From contig NC_068990.1 in NCBI RefSeq assembly GCF_001194135.2, forward strand, positions 3,682,509 to 3,746,508: 64,000 nucleotides of DNA, given 5' to 3'. The notes below the pieces were generated by a model. That model had not been told where the DNA came from, did not search any database, and saw only the letters and a list, made by a program, of their open reading frames with translations. The translations under genes and the position numbers were made by a program. Source of the stretch: Octopus bimaculoides. Its lineage: Eukaryota. Positions 50,869 through 63,794 of this stretch are shown here, one piece after another; position 1 is the first letter of the stretch; every line of letters begins with the position of its first letter.

Positions 50869-51455
50869 NNNNNNNNNNNNNNNNNNNNNNNNNNNNNNNN
50901 NNNNNNNNNNNNNNNNNNNNNNNNNNNNNNNNNNNNNNNNNNNNNNNNNNNNNNNNNNNNNNNNNNNNNNNNNNNNNNNNNNNNNNNNNNNNNNNNNNNN
51001 NNNNNNNNNNNNNNNNNNNNNNNNNNNNNNNNNNNNNNNNNNNNNNNNNNNNNNNNNNNNNNNNNNNNNNNNNNNNNNNNNNNNNNNNNNNNNNNNNNNN
51101 NNNNNNNNNNNNNNNNNNNNNNNNNNNNNNNNNNNNNNNNNNNNNNNNNNNNNNNNNNNNNNNNNNNNNNNNNNNNNNNNNNNNNNNNNNNNNNNNNNNN
51201 NNNNNNNNNNNNNNNNNNNNNNNNNNNNNNNNNNNNNNNNNNNNNNNNNNNNNNNNNNNNNNNNNNNNNNNNNNNNNNNNNNNNNNNNNNNNNNNNNNNN
51301 NNNNNNNNNNNNNNNNNNNNNNNNNNNNNNNNNNNNNNNNNNNNNNNNNNNNNNNNNNNNNNNNNNNNNNNNNNNNNNNNNNNNNNNNNNNNNNNNNNNN
51401 NNNNNNNNNNNNNNNNNNNNNNNNNNNNNNNNNNNNNNNNNNNNNNNNNNNNNNN

Positions 51456-51495
<40 letters not shown>

Positions 51496-52764
51496 CACAA
51501 AACCTTCGAATCTGAGAAACAATGAATTAAGTATTATTCTAGCCTAATAAGCTTATGAGGTCAATCAAGTAATAAAAAATATTTGTAATCAACTTAGGCT
51601 ATGATCTCATGAACAGTTTCGATCATACGACGATGAAGGCCTACTCACAACATGATATAAAATATATATATAAAATATAAAATATTGGCTTTAAATTCTG
51701 TTACAAGGACAGTGATTTGGAGGAAGCCAGTAAGTAACTGGTACGTATTTTGTCGACGCGAAAGGATAAAAAGTCAAGTCGACTTCGGTACAATTCATAT
51801 ATGTGTACTCACACACTCGTATATATGTTCACATGCTCGTGCATGGACATAGACACACACGTATGTATATATGTATGTATGCATGCATGCACGCACGCAT
51901 GCATATATGTATGCATGCGTGTATGTATTTCTCACCGATGTATATCGGCGATGAATATATGCAACGATGAGAGCGCCGAAAAACTACTGTTTCACGAATG
52001 TATCTTCTGAGCCAAACCAAGTTATAGACTCCCATCCATCACTTCTACCGTCAAGAATCTATTGAACCGTGAATTACCCCGTTAGAAATACCTAACCAAC
52101 CAAACTAATTTTCACAAATTGCGACATAAATAAATAAATGTTAATCATATAGCTTATTGTATACTGATATGTATTCCGATGAATGATTATACTAGATAAT
52201 TATATCATAATTACATTGTATAGTTCTAATAATTAGATATTCTTTACAATCACTCTAGCAATCAGTTGATGACAATTACAATCTTTATTTCACGAAAGTT
52301 TTGTTAATTATACATCGTTCTCTTGCTGGCTTATGACAAAATGCTGTAATTATTTTATGACTAGAATTATCTGAGAAATCGCTGCCATAGACAGTGGTTT
52401 GAACTCTTAGTTGATGAGGTCGTTCAACTGGTTGTCTAACACTAAGTATATTAACATAGGTATGAGATACGCGAGAATCTACCAACAATATAGCGATTTG
52501 GTAATAAGTAATGCCGTGGTGTCGAATATTATTTTATTTCTCATTTCTTCTTCTCACACAAAAGGAAATAGCCTGTAACATTAGATATTTCACTCTTCAT
52601 AGCAGTCGAAGTCATCAAATTTCTAGAAATTTTTCAATGGATAAATTGTCACTAACGTAGACTATCAGTGGCTTCATTTCTCCAGATTCCAGGTTTTACT
52701 GTATAATACAATAGATATATGTACTATATCTATTGTATAATATAGGTGTCAAAGTAGCAAGCGC

Positions 52765-52910
52765 AAGTTATGTGAATAGTTAGCACACAGGACAAAATGC
52801 AGAACTACATCTCTTCAAGCTTTACATTCTGAGTTCACATTTCACCAAGGTCGATTTTAATTACCATCATTTCGGGGTCGATAAAATACACATCTGCCTA
52901 TAGTGGAAAG
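52765..52910 (+). mobile_element. Degenerate SINE-A
   Basis: CATTCTGAGTTCACATTTCACCAAGGTCGA and TTTCGGGGTCGATAAAATA. Confidence 0.55.
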
Positions 52911-53073
52911 AATTACTTTTGAAGTGTGTAACTCCTTAAAAAAAAAAAATAAATAAATTCACAATTTTCATGAACGAGGATTCAACATAGTAATTAGCAA
53001 TTCAAAATTGAATACTAAGATCCCTTTCACTCAGTCCTCTCCTGTTGTGCTAGTTCACTATTCTTGTAATAAA

Positions 53074-53292
53074 TATTGGTTTCAAATATTGCCACAAGAC
53101 CAGCAGTTACAGTGAAGGGTGTAAGTCGGTTACATTGACCCCATGGCTTAACTGGCACTTATTGTATCGACCCTGAAAGGATGAAAGGCAAAGTCGACTC
53201 TTGAGGCATTTGAACTCCGAACGTAAAGATGGGCGAAATGACGCTGAACGTTTTGTCCGGCGCGCTAAACGATTCTGCCACCTGGCCGCTTT
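53074..53292 (-). mobile_element. SINE-A (tail type 2)
   Basis: Full head, core and tail in reverse orientation. Confidence 0.88.
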
Positions 53293-53311
53293 ACCCTCGT
53301 TATCTATATTG

Positions 53312-53523
53312 CTTTGAAATGTTGGCACAAAGTCAGCAATTTCTGAGGAGTGGCTAAGTCGATTAAATCGACCCCAGTGCTCAACTGGTACTTATTTTAT
53401 CGATCACGGAAGGATGAAAGGCAAAATCGACCTCGATGGAATTTAAAGTCACAACGTGAAGACGAACGAGATGTCGCTAAGTATTTCGCCCCGCATGCTA
53501 ACAATTCTGCTAGTGCACCGCCT
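53312..53523 (-). mobile_element. SINE-A (tail type 2), tandem with the previous copy
   Basis: Full head, core and tail in reverse orientation. Confidence 0.85.
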
Positions 53524-54210
53524 TTATCCCTTGTTATAGATATTGATATCTTTTAATTAGATACAAACAAAGCTTCACGTAGAATGATTCATATTGACTA
53601 AATATACTTTAATATAAAACTGGTATTTATTATACTGACGACGGTCAATTATAATCGACACTATATATGGAGTTCCCTGCACGTAACTATTCAGATATAG
53701 CCTGTTTCTACTCTGCCTCCATATAATTGATTTCATATGGAATTATGCCACATTACTGAGCTATAAGCTGTTTTTTATTAGAAACCTAACTTCCTAGTTT
53801 ATTGTTGTTATATTGTCTTTTCACTCCTCTTATGTAACAAATTCCATTCTTTGCAATTTGGCATGTTTAATCCGCTTCTCTGCACAGAAGCAAAGTCATT
53901 TGTTCTCATATGTGTGCGCCTCTTTCTCTATGTCTGTCCCACTTCCTCTACGTGTTTATCTATATACTTATCTATATGTGTGTTGAGTATATGTAAAATG
54001 TATGCAAGTGTGTGTACGTGTCAGTCTCTGTTTGTTCTTTCTGCAACATGTTCTGCTTCATTTTTCCTGAAGCCACATAACGAATATTACATACATCCCA
54101 TCTATCTCAGGAATGGAAACTTTTTGATTTTATCTGTATTTCCGTGTGCAACTCCATTGCACTTGTATGACACTTTTCAAAGTTTACTAGCATAACTCCA
54201 AATCTTTCTC

Positions 54211-54262
<52 letters not shown>

Positions 54263-55932
54263 NNNNNNNNNNNNNNNNNNNNNNNNNNNNNNNNNNNNNN
54301 NNNNNNNNNNNNNNNNNNNNNNNNNNNNNNNNNNNNNNNNNNNNNNNNNNNNNNNNNNNNNNNNNNNNNNNNNNNNNNNNNNNNNNNNNNNNNNNNNNNN
54401 NNNNNNNAAGTATATAATATACGTTATTATCATCATCATCATACATACATATATACGATTCATGAGGCTTCTCTTCGGTTTAAAATCAGCCGTTTCATTA
54501 TTTTTCATATTTTGTTATTTGGAAAGAAATGCTATGGGGAAGCAGCTGTTCGAAATATAATTCTTTCCTAATGAAAATTTTGATAAAATCTTCAACATAC
54601 TTTTGTATTTCTTTTGCTAAGTATATTATCAAAATTTTTAGAATGTACAAAACTGCCCTGAAATCTCTTTAGAGCCTATTATAGAGATACATTAATAAAG
54701 TACAATATTATCTAAATCTAAATGAGACACTCGATCGCGGGAGGAATATATGAATACTTATTATAATGAATATTGAATAATAAATAAAGATTCCAGTTGA
54801 CTGTATCCTTTTTCAGTTGTACTTTAGGCGTTCGTTGTCATTAGACATAACGACTATGTCGATTTCCCTCAAATTAAAACTGCACATCGTTAAACTCCTT
54901 TCTATAGGAAGAGGCTGCTTTGTTCTACTGAAATTGGGATGGTTGTCATGTGTTGCTATTTGAAATCAGTTATTTGAGAAAAACATATTATCAATGTGTA
55001 GATGTGTTAAGTAGTACAGAATTTGAGAAATGCAGTATCCCAGTTCATTCACATGCTTTCAAATGGACTCCTAGCTTAATCTGTTCATTAAGACAAGTGA
55101 TTTTCAGCAGAGAAAGGGATTCATACTTTATCTCTTTGGAGATGAAAACGAAAAGATTTATGATCCTAGTTAGTGTTTCAATACAATTATTTATGTTATA
55201 CACACAGTTTACTCCACTTGCGAACAGAATCGTTCCTATTCTATATAGCTATATTAACGAAGATTTGACTACTATTTTTAGAAAGCAGAGTGTCTATATA
55301 GAGACTTCTTCCTTTCCTAGAGCGAATAATTGTTTATAATCATGGTTTCTTCTACAGCGCCGTATCTTGAGCTCAAATTTTGTGTAAAGAGATTATCTAT
55401 GTCACGTTCTCTATCGTAAAGACAATGTAATCGATAGTATCCTTGAGATCCAATTGCTCTAGGGACTTAACAACTACAATCAATTTACTGAATATCGATT
55501 GCATTTCTTAGAAATATTCGTATATGAAAAATAAACATGAAATAATGCTGTCCTGTCAAAGGAAAAGCGATACATTGTTTATGCATTGAGCTGTACAGCA
55601 TACGAAATGTGTTCTCCTTGAAAATGAATTTCAAATAACTTAGAAGTGTAGAAGTCTACGAATATCATTAGTTTTAGAAAACATTGAGTTTGTTGTAATA
55701 ATTTTTGTTTTTGAGCAAATAAAAATATTGTGTCTTTCACTATTTTTTTCCTCTAGGGACACACTAATAGAAAGTTTCCACTTCGTTATATATTCTGCAC
55801 AGTTTTACCCAAGAGGTTAAGACTATCCTAATTTTCTTAAACCAATTAATTTCAAGGGAGACTTATGGATGAATCCTAATTCACATGATTTTAAAATGTA
55901 CAGAGAAACTTACTTTAAAATAATACAGAGAT

Positions 55933-56034
<102 letters not shown>

Positions 56035-57502
56035 TATATAGGGAGAATACAACTCGTCTAAAACGTTAATTTATTAATACAAATAAATGATGGGGGAATT
56101 GTACTGCAGTGGAAACATGCGCAATACAACAAACATTTTATGTCGTACAAATAATTTTTAAATTTGAATATTTCATTTTATTTGATAGGCAGTTTGAATA
56201 ATTTATGCAGACCATTCTGGAATAACAAACTAGCATGTAACCTTCCAGAAATAATATTTGTAAAGAGATTACTCCCTTGATTCTCATGAATAAAAATTAG
56301 TTGAAAACGCTTGTTCTGACGTTTAAAATAACTCCGTGTTCATCTTTGAAGATATTCCTTAGAGGCGATTTGTACAACAAAACTAATATAAAATAATGCA
56401 TCCAAGAAGTGTTCGTCAGAACATTTCATTGAAATTCTGGGAGTGTAAAACATTGAGATGTTTCAATTCTTAGAATATCGAGTGGGATTTCACAACCATC
56501 TATCATAAAAATAACTTCGCTCAGGATGTGCCTGTTGTTTGTAACTGGATGATCAACGTTGTTTTTCCTATTTCCTGTCTTTACATATTTATTTATGCTG
56601 TATGAGTCTAATATATTCCCAAGAATGTAGTATAGTTAGTATTTTGGCAGATGAAGAAGAAAGTAAGTTAGGATCTTCAATCATTGAAATAGAGAAGATA
56701 TTAATTTCCTATTTAGAGAGAATAAAGAAGACAGGCGACTTTCTGTTTAGAATTTTTTTTAAGGAGAAAAATAAAGCAAATTAATAATCCAGAATTATAT
56801 ATTCAATGGAAAACATTCTGAGAATACTGCACTCCACTTTAAGGTTTTGAAGAAGATGAACATCATTGATACAATATGGAAAATATTCCATCAGCATTGC
56901 CAAATAATTCAGCTTCTACTGAAATGAAATTCACAGCACATAAGCACATTATGATTCAGCTGTTTAACTACAACCAATCCTACTTTATTGTTTCCTCCTA
57001 AAACATATCAAGACAAAAAAAGGTCCCATAACCTTCAAATCATACTTCGGAAATTCGGAAATTTTTTTACGAAAATTAGACGTCTTTCAGTGTTTGGTCT
57101 TACCATATCATGTACCGTGTTGAAATTTCACAACTGATAACTTCACATGGCATACTCAACCACTTGGAAGTTGTTAATATGAGATTCTATTCTGGTTTAA
57201 CCCAAGTACATTTCTTATCCACCAAACGTAATATCAAATATTATCTCCGATCTGTTATTCATCATTTAAAACTATATTATCTTTTGAATTTTGTATGACA
57301 GTAGGGTTGCCATATGAGAACGATTTCGTTGGGTGAGTCTAGTTGACTAAGTAATCAAATGCAAGCATCCATATTAATCTTTGTAAATGCATCTTAATCT
57401 TCCTTATTCTACATACTGCATCCAACATATTCAACATCGGAATATGTTTCGATCACCTAAAGCATACTATTTTTCAGATATTGAATCGCAAACATTAAAT
57501 TA

Positions 57503-57750
57503 GGGGAGGCGCGTAGCTTAGTGGTTACGGTGTTGGACTCATGATCGTAACATTGTGGTTTCGATTATTGGACAGGTGACGCGTTGTGTTCTTGAGCAAA
57601 GCACTTTATTTCACGTTGTTCTTGTCTACTCAGCCGGTAAAATTGAATAATCCTGCGACGGAACGGCGTCCCCTCCAAATGGAGAATATATACATCGGAA
57701 AACCGGCCCATATGAGCAGATATAATTCGAGAAAGTAATTTTACCTTTTA
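57503..57750 (+). mobile_element. SINE family C with a Meta-like central domain
   Basis: tRNA-like head GCGCGTAGCTTAGTGG..GGTTTCGATT, TTGTGTTCTTGAGCAAAGCACTT, then CCTGCGACGGAACGGCGTCCCCTCCA..GAAAACCGG. Confidence 0.75.
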
Positions 57751-57959
57751 CCACAACATTGAATTAAAAAACTTCACCTGATAGTGCTTAGGTCAATGGT
57801 TGAAATCTAAGTTTAAGAACATATTTATATTACATTATATATTAGATTCCTATTTACACAGTGTCCCTTCTAGATTCCTACTTACTTAGTGTCCCTTGCA
57901 GAACAAAGTGTGCAGTCATTGATTTTGCAACATATCTTATATTTCTACCCCCAGTTGTC

Positions 57960-58140
57960 ACATTCGGTTAAAATGTCTTACGGTTAAGTTGGCTCTTATG
58001 AATTTCCCTGAAGAGAAGATTACATACATCTTTATCAACATCACTCATTCCTTTGGAAGTACCCATTTGTAATCTTCGAAACATATGTCGGAAATAAAAG
58101 AATTCATTTAACATATGCGTATTACTCCAATTATTAAATT
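57960..58140 (-). mobile_element. One-armed partial copy of the 42068-42361 hairpin MITE
   Basis: Reverse complement of the spacer (CCCTGAAGAGAAGATTACAT) followed by one TIR arm (ATCAACATCAC..GAAACATATG..GAATTCATTTAACATATG). Confidence 0.8.
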
Positions 58141-58308
58141 ATATATACATNNNNNNNNNNNNNNNNNNNNNNNNNNNNNNNNNNNNNNNNNNNNNNNNNN
58201 NNNNNNNNNNNNNNNNNNNNNNNNNNNNNNNNNNNNNNNNNNNNNNNNNNNNNNNNNNNNNNNNNNNNNNNNNNNNNNNNNNNNNNNNNNNNNNNNNNNN
58301 NNNNNNNN

Positions 58309-58349
<41 letters not shown>

Positions 58350-58426
58350 ATGTAAAAACGTACATATACACATACATAAATGCAGGCTTACTCTTCACAC
58401 ACATTTATATACCCTTTTACACTTTT

Positions 58427-58885
58427 ACTAGTTCCAGTCATTTGACTGCAGCCATGCTGGAGCAGCACCTTAAGGGTTTTTTTTTTTAGTCGAACAAATC
58501 GACACCACGACTTATTTTTTTGGTAAACCTAGTACTTATTCTATGAGTCTCTTTTCCCGAACCACTACGTTACGCTGATGTAAACAGATTAACATCGGTT
58601 GTCAAGCGATGGTGGGGTAAACAAACGCAGACACAAACACACAAATATATATTATGGCTAAGATCAAGATCTAATATCTATTATTATCAGTATATATATA
58701 TATATATACGTGTGTGCGTGTGTATGTATATACGACGGGTTCTTTCAGTTTCCGTCTACCAAATCTACTCACAATGCTTTGTCGGTCCTCGGCTATAGTA
58801 AACGACATTTGCACAAGGTGGGACTGAACCCGGAATCTTGTGGTTGAGAAGCAAGCTTCTTACCAAACAGTCACGCCTGCATCTA
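58427..58885 (-). mobile_element. Full-length SINE family B (head, internal microsatellite, 3' extension)
   Basis: Head 58730-58885 with GGGACTGAACCCGG (B-box reverse complement), an internal (TA)/(TG) tract, and extension 58430-58640. Confidence 0.85.
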
Positions 58886-59144
58886 TACAAATATATTTGA
58901 ATCCATATAGTATTGATACAGTTACTCACCTATCTCTCTTTATGATTTGAAGATGTCTCTTCTCAGAATGTCAGCATTTCCCAGCAAGAGAATCTTATGT
59001 TGTTGTAGCTTGTGGGGCTGAGTATTATATTTGATACATTATTCTTTAAACCATTGCTTTCTCTTATGTATCCTAGACATCAGTTATTAATGATAACGTT
59101 TTATTAATATATATTAGCATTTACGATACCTTTGTCTGTTGAGC

Positions 59145-59461
59145 TATATATTAAGAGGTGAAAATCCGGAGTCCGAAAAGACTAGTGATAGTATGTGTAG
59201 GCAACAAAATCCTATGGCGAGAAAAAGAATCGAATGCTCAGGAATTGACCCTTAGTATGTGAAATGAAACTAATGCTTTCTATTTCAGTCGAAGGATCAA
59301 TCACAAAAAGTCTAATTCCTGCCCCTTTTTGCCGTACACAAACTTCACAACTTCTTAGTAGTTCTAACATTTGCTTTTTCTTTAATTGCAATGACTTACA
59401 ATTCACCTGCAGGCTATATTTGTAATATATTTGATAATTACTTTAGTTCTATATTCAGATA
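59145..59461. repeat. Unclassified interspersed repeat, copy 1 (313 bp plus flanking TA)
   Basis: 14 substitutions and no indels over 317 bp versus 61169-61485. Confidence 0.9.
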
Positions 59462-60357
59462 TCTTTTGTTAATGTACATATACATAAACACACAATTGTT
59501 GACCGATCTTTTTCAGATAATTTCTCTAGTTTACATTTATACTATTTAATACAAGTATCGTTCTTGTAGTATTTACACATACATTATTATCTAATGTATG
59601 TATCCAACTGTTCTTTTCTGTGCATGTATAATTAACCACTGTTATATATTATCAAGTTTGGGTAACCAGCTGTTTTGATATGTAATATACAGTCTGTGTT
59701 TTATATTTATTATCCAGTATAAGTATCCTGCTGTTTAATTCTGTCGTTGAGTAAACTATTCCGTGTAAACTGATAATGAATATCCTATAACAATCAATTG
59801 TCTCTCGAAAGAACTTATATATACATGCAGGAATTTTAGTCAGCGGATGTTTACAGAATGATTTTGTACCGTTTAATGTCGGGCTTTAGACTCATCTCGC
59901 AGTAGTTTCAGCCTGCAGGTATTTACATGTTTTTCTCGCAGAATCTGATGTATAGGCACACGTCTCCTGTAGTAACTTTCTTTCCTTGAAACTTTTTAAC
60001 TCACCAAATATTTACAAAATAGTTATTTTTGTAATGTTTCATATTGTGGCATTAGGCCCGTGTTACCGCTTACGTTCTCTTATCACAATCACTGGATTTC
60101 TGCTGTTTTACAATCATTTTGATTATCTTTTTTCATGTTTCTCTCTATGGACTGCGTTCATGTCGGGCCACCAACTTTAAGATTGTTCGTTGGACGAATC
60201 GACCACTGTACTTATACCTTCTTAACCCTGATACTTATTGTAACGGTCACACACGCACGCACAAAAACAAACACACGCACACACATACACACACATAAAC
60301 GCACACACATGCATACACACACGCTCATATATTTATGTGTATGTATGTATGTATGTA

Positions 60358-60515
60358 TAAACGATGGGCTACTTTCAGTTTCCGTCTACCAAATCCACTC
60401 ACAGAGGTTTGGTCGGCCCGTGCCATATATACACAATATTCCACGCAGCAGGACTGACTCGAAAGTATGCGACTCGGAAGCAAACTTCTCTCAAAACAGC
60501 GACACCTGCACCTAT
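60358..60515 (-). mobile_element. SINE family B head
   Basis: TTTCAGTTTCCGTCTACCAAATCCACTCACAGAGGTTTGGTCGGCCCG..GGGACTGAC-like B-box..AAGCAAACTTC. Confidence 0.8.
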
Positions 60516-61084
60516 GATATCTATGCATTTTCGATACTCTTTATGAAGAGTATCTGTTTCGTTGGTTTTGTATGCATTGAAAAAAATATATTCGATCAAT
60601 AATTAATAGGGTTTATATAATTTCAGTAAATGAGTTTTTAACTCGGTGACGTATGTTAAATATCACATTTCTCACGTATAATTGTGTACAATATTGAACA
60701 TCTGCTTATCCCTACATGGCATATATAGTAAAATACCCTTATCTCTACATGGCATATATGGTAAAATGTTCATGTTCGAAGAAACTCTAACATCATTTAC
60801 TTGTTTCCACAGTTTTCTCCTGCATGTGAAGTAATTATTATAGTTATATTAGTTATTGAGCTAAAGTGATCTGATCTTGACTGCTTACGTGTTTCTAATT
60901 AGGTATTTGATTCTCACTACATTTGATACGCCAACACTAACTTAACTGTTGTTTTTAATAATGGCGCTCGTGAGTAATTATGAACTGCGGTTTATTTGCT
61001 TTTATTGCGATTCATTTTTTTTCCCCACAACATCGGTTAAATTGTTCTATGCCACCTTTAGTGGGAATGATATTTTTACATTTA

Positions 61085-61545
61085 AAATATGTTAGTATGG
61101 ATGGATACCACCCAAAAGTTTGATTTTCAGTCATGAGTTTTTGGGTTCAATCCCACTACTCGTCACCTTATGTATTAAGAGGTGAAAATCCGGAGTCCGA
61201 AAAGACTAGTGATAGTATGTGTAGGCAACAAAATCCTATGGTGAGAAAAAGAATCGGATGTCCAGGAATTGACCCTTAGTGTGTGAAATGAAAATAATGC
61301 TTTCTATTTCAGTCGAAGGATCAATCACAAAAAGTCTAATTGCTGCCCCTTTTTGCCGTACACAAACTTCACAACTTCTGAGTAATTCTAACATTTGCTT
61401 TTTCTTTATTTGCAATGACTTACAATTCACTTGCAGGCTATATTTGTATGATATTTGATAATTACTTTAGTTCTATATTCAGATAAGTGTCTTCTCCCAA
61501 AGTCTTGTGTCTGCCAAGTTTTGTGAGCTAAATTATGTGGTTGTC
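61085..61545 (+). mobile_element. Degenerate SINE-B split by the 313-bp repeat
   Basis: GGGTTCAATCCCACT..GTCACCT before 61169 and AGTGTCTTCT..CCAA..TTGTGAG after 61485 are consecutive in intact B copies. Confidence 0.55.
61169..61485. repeat. Unclassified interspersed repeat, copy 2
   Basis: Direct repeat of 59145-59461 at an offset of 2024 bp. Confidence 0.9.
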
Positions 61546-62579
61546 CCTCAATGGAATTTGCGTCTCGCTCTGTATCACTCTGATTCTGCTTAAAGATAAC
61601 ATTAAAGGTACAAATGTCAATGGAATTTAAAGTACAGCCATCCCCATACACGATTAGGTATGGCTTATTAACATACACGATGCTTTCGTTAATTGTTCTT
61701 AGTGCCAATGTAATGGCGAGCAGACATACATGTCTTTTCTCTTCCCCATTTCATATTCTTCACTCAGCAGAATGCCCAGCATTTTACAGCTGGAGGGAGG
61801 GTCGACTACACTGCTGACCCTCATTACAGATGATTATGATAGTATCATACACAAACATCTATGCACGTGTAACTCCCCTCTCTTCCCTTCTCTCCCCCAC
61901 ACCAACAAACATTAGTTCAACGACTATTCCCTCACCCTCACCCAAGCCGTGCTGTTTCAGCTACACTAGCATACATCTCTCACGCCTGCACAGAAATATC
62001 AAAAGCATGAATATATATGTATACACACACGCAAACACCTGGCAAAAACACATAAGCGCAAGTATGTATGTTCTTCCATATAAACACGCATTCAATCGTC
62101 CGTTTATACGCAAATACATAAATGTACATATTTAGGCGCACACACCCATACATGAACCCTAAACACGTTCGCGCATGCACGCCTATACACACACTCATAC
62201 AACTAATATCAGGCTCACATCCACTTATGCATGTGGTATATGCACACAAAAACACTCTGACCGGCCTTGCTTCTATCGACTTGCAAGTAGTCCCTTCATA
62301 CGCCCACCAGCCTCCGAGGTGTCACCAGCCTCCGAGGTGTCACCAGCTTCCTGTCCAGCTAGCGGTGCGAAAAATTCTTCCTTCTAGTGCATCTGGTGTC
62401 GCTGGAATGCCGATGTCACTTATAACAACATCATGTGATCTTCCTTGAGCAATAGCAGCCCATTTTCCAGTAGCCATCTTTGACTTCCTAAAGTTCTCCA
62501 TTCAGTAGTCTGAACCTCAACGAAATGGATTTCTCTAAGAAGCCTGCGAAACCTTCAGCCACATGGAGCTGAATCAAAC

Positions 62580-62634
<55 letters not shown>
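62580..62634. repeat. (AAT)n microsatellite (SINE-A tail)
   Basis: Direct reading. Confidence 0.95.
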
Positions 62635-62635
<1 letters not shown>

Positions 62636-62846
62636 GTTTCAAATTTTGCCACAAGGGCAGCAGTTTTGGGGAAGGGGATGAGTCAATTACATCGACCCCA
62701 GCTTTTCACTGGTAATTATTTTATCGATCTTGAAATGATGAAAGGCAAAGTCAACTTCGACAGAATTTGAACTCAGAACGTAGCGATGGGTGAAATACCG
62801 CTAAGTATTTCGTCCTGTGTTCTAACGATTCTACCAGCTCACAGCC

Positions 62847-62848
<2 letters not shown>
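62635..62848 (-). mobile_element. SINE-A (tail type 2) flanked by (AAT)n on both sides
   Basis: Full head, core and tail in reverse orientation. Confidence 0.92.
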
Positions 62849-62919
<71 letters not shown>

Positions 62920-62947
62920 CAACAACAATAACAACAACAATAACAAC

Positions 62948-62950
<3 letters not shown>
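62849..62950. repeat. (AAT)n(AAC)n microsatellite
   Basis: Direct reading. Confidence 0.95.
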
Positions 62951-62982
<32 letters not shown>

Positions 62983-63794
62983 TTGTGTGTATGCGCGAGC
63001 GCGTGTGTGTATTGACACAAATATACACTGAGAAGTGAGATCGAAGAAACAGATAGCAAAAGTGAGACATATCTAGAACTGATTTGGGGGAAACAACAAA
63101 ATACTATACATACATACACACACATACACACAGACACACGCATAAAGCCACATACATAAACAGAGTGAGAGACACAGGAAAGCATACAAGCTGACCGTGC
63201 ATTTGTGGTCTATTATGTCAGCAGCTGTCATTAAAATTAAAAAATAACTTTCATATCGTAATTATGTATTTCACTCACATATTTAAAATGCAACCATTCC
63301 AGTCAGGATACATCTTTGATTTTGATATTTTACGTTCTGCTATTACTTTACTATATTTTGAAACGTGTCACAATGACTACCTGCATAGATATTCTTGAAT
63401 ATTATTTTCAATGTTTTTTGATTATTTTTCCTGCATTCGTATGTCATTTTTCTTTTATTCAAATCTTGCTTTTACAGCAAGTTTTCAATGTTTGAAAGAT
63501 CGTCATATATAGCTACGCCGTCACAATGATATAGACTAAGCGTTTAATACACGCTAGCACGCAGAATATACATATGTATGGTTCGCTTACACATATCTAG
63601 CATACTGTTACATGCTTGCAACTCGCCAGACTATATACATTTGTATACGGTTAAATCAAACTCACCGAAATGCAAACTCACACTGTTATGAAAGAATGCT
63701 TGTATACATAGATACTTGTGTGAAGTTTTATATGCATTCATAATACATAGAGAATATTCTGTCAATTACAGTCTATACTGCGCTAACAATTGAA

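Noticed and set aside
59212-61430. Two near-identical 64-aa ORFs (MNCKSLQ...) as a duplicated small gene
   Set aside because: They lie wholly within the 313-bp repeat, start at GTG, many of the differences change amino acids, and no family is recognisable.
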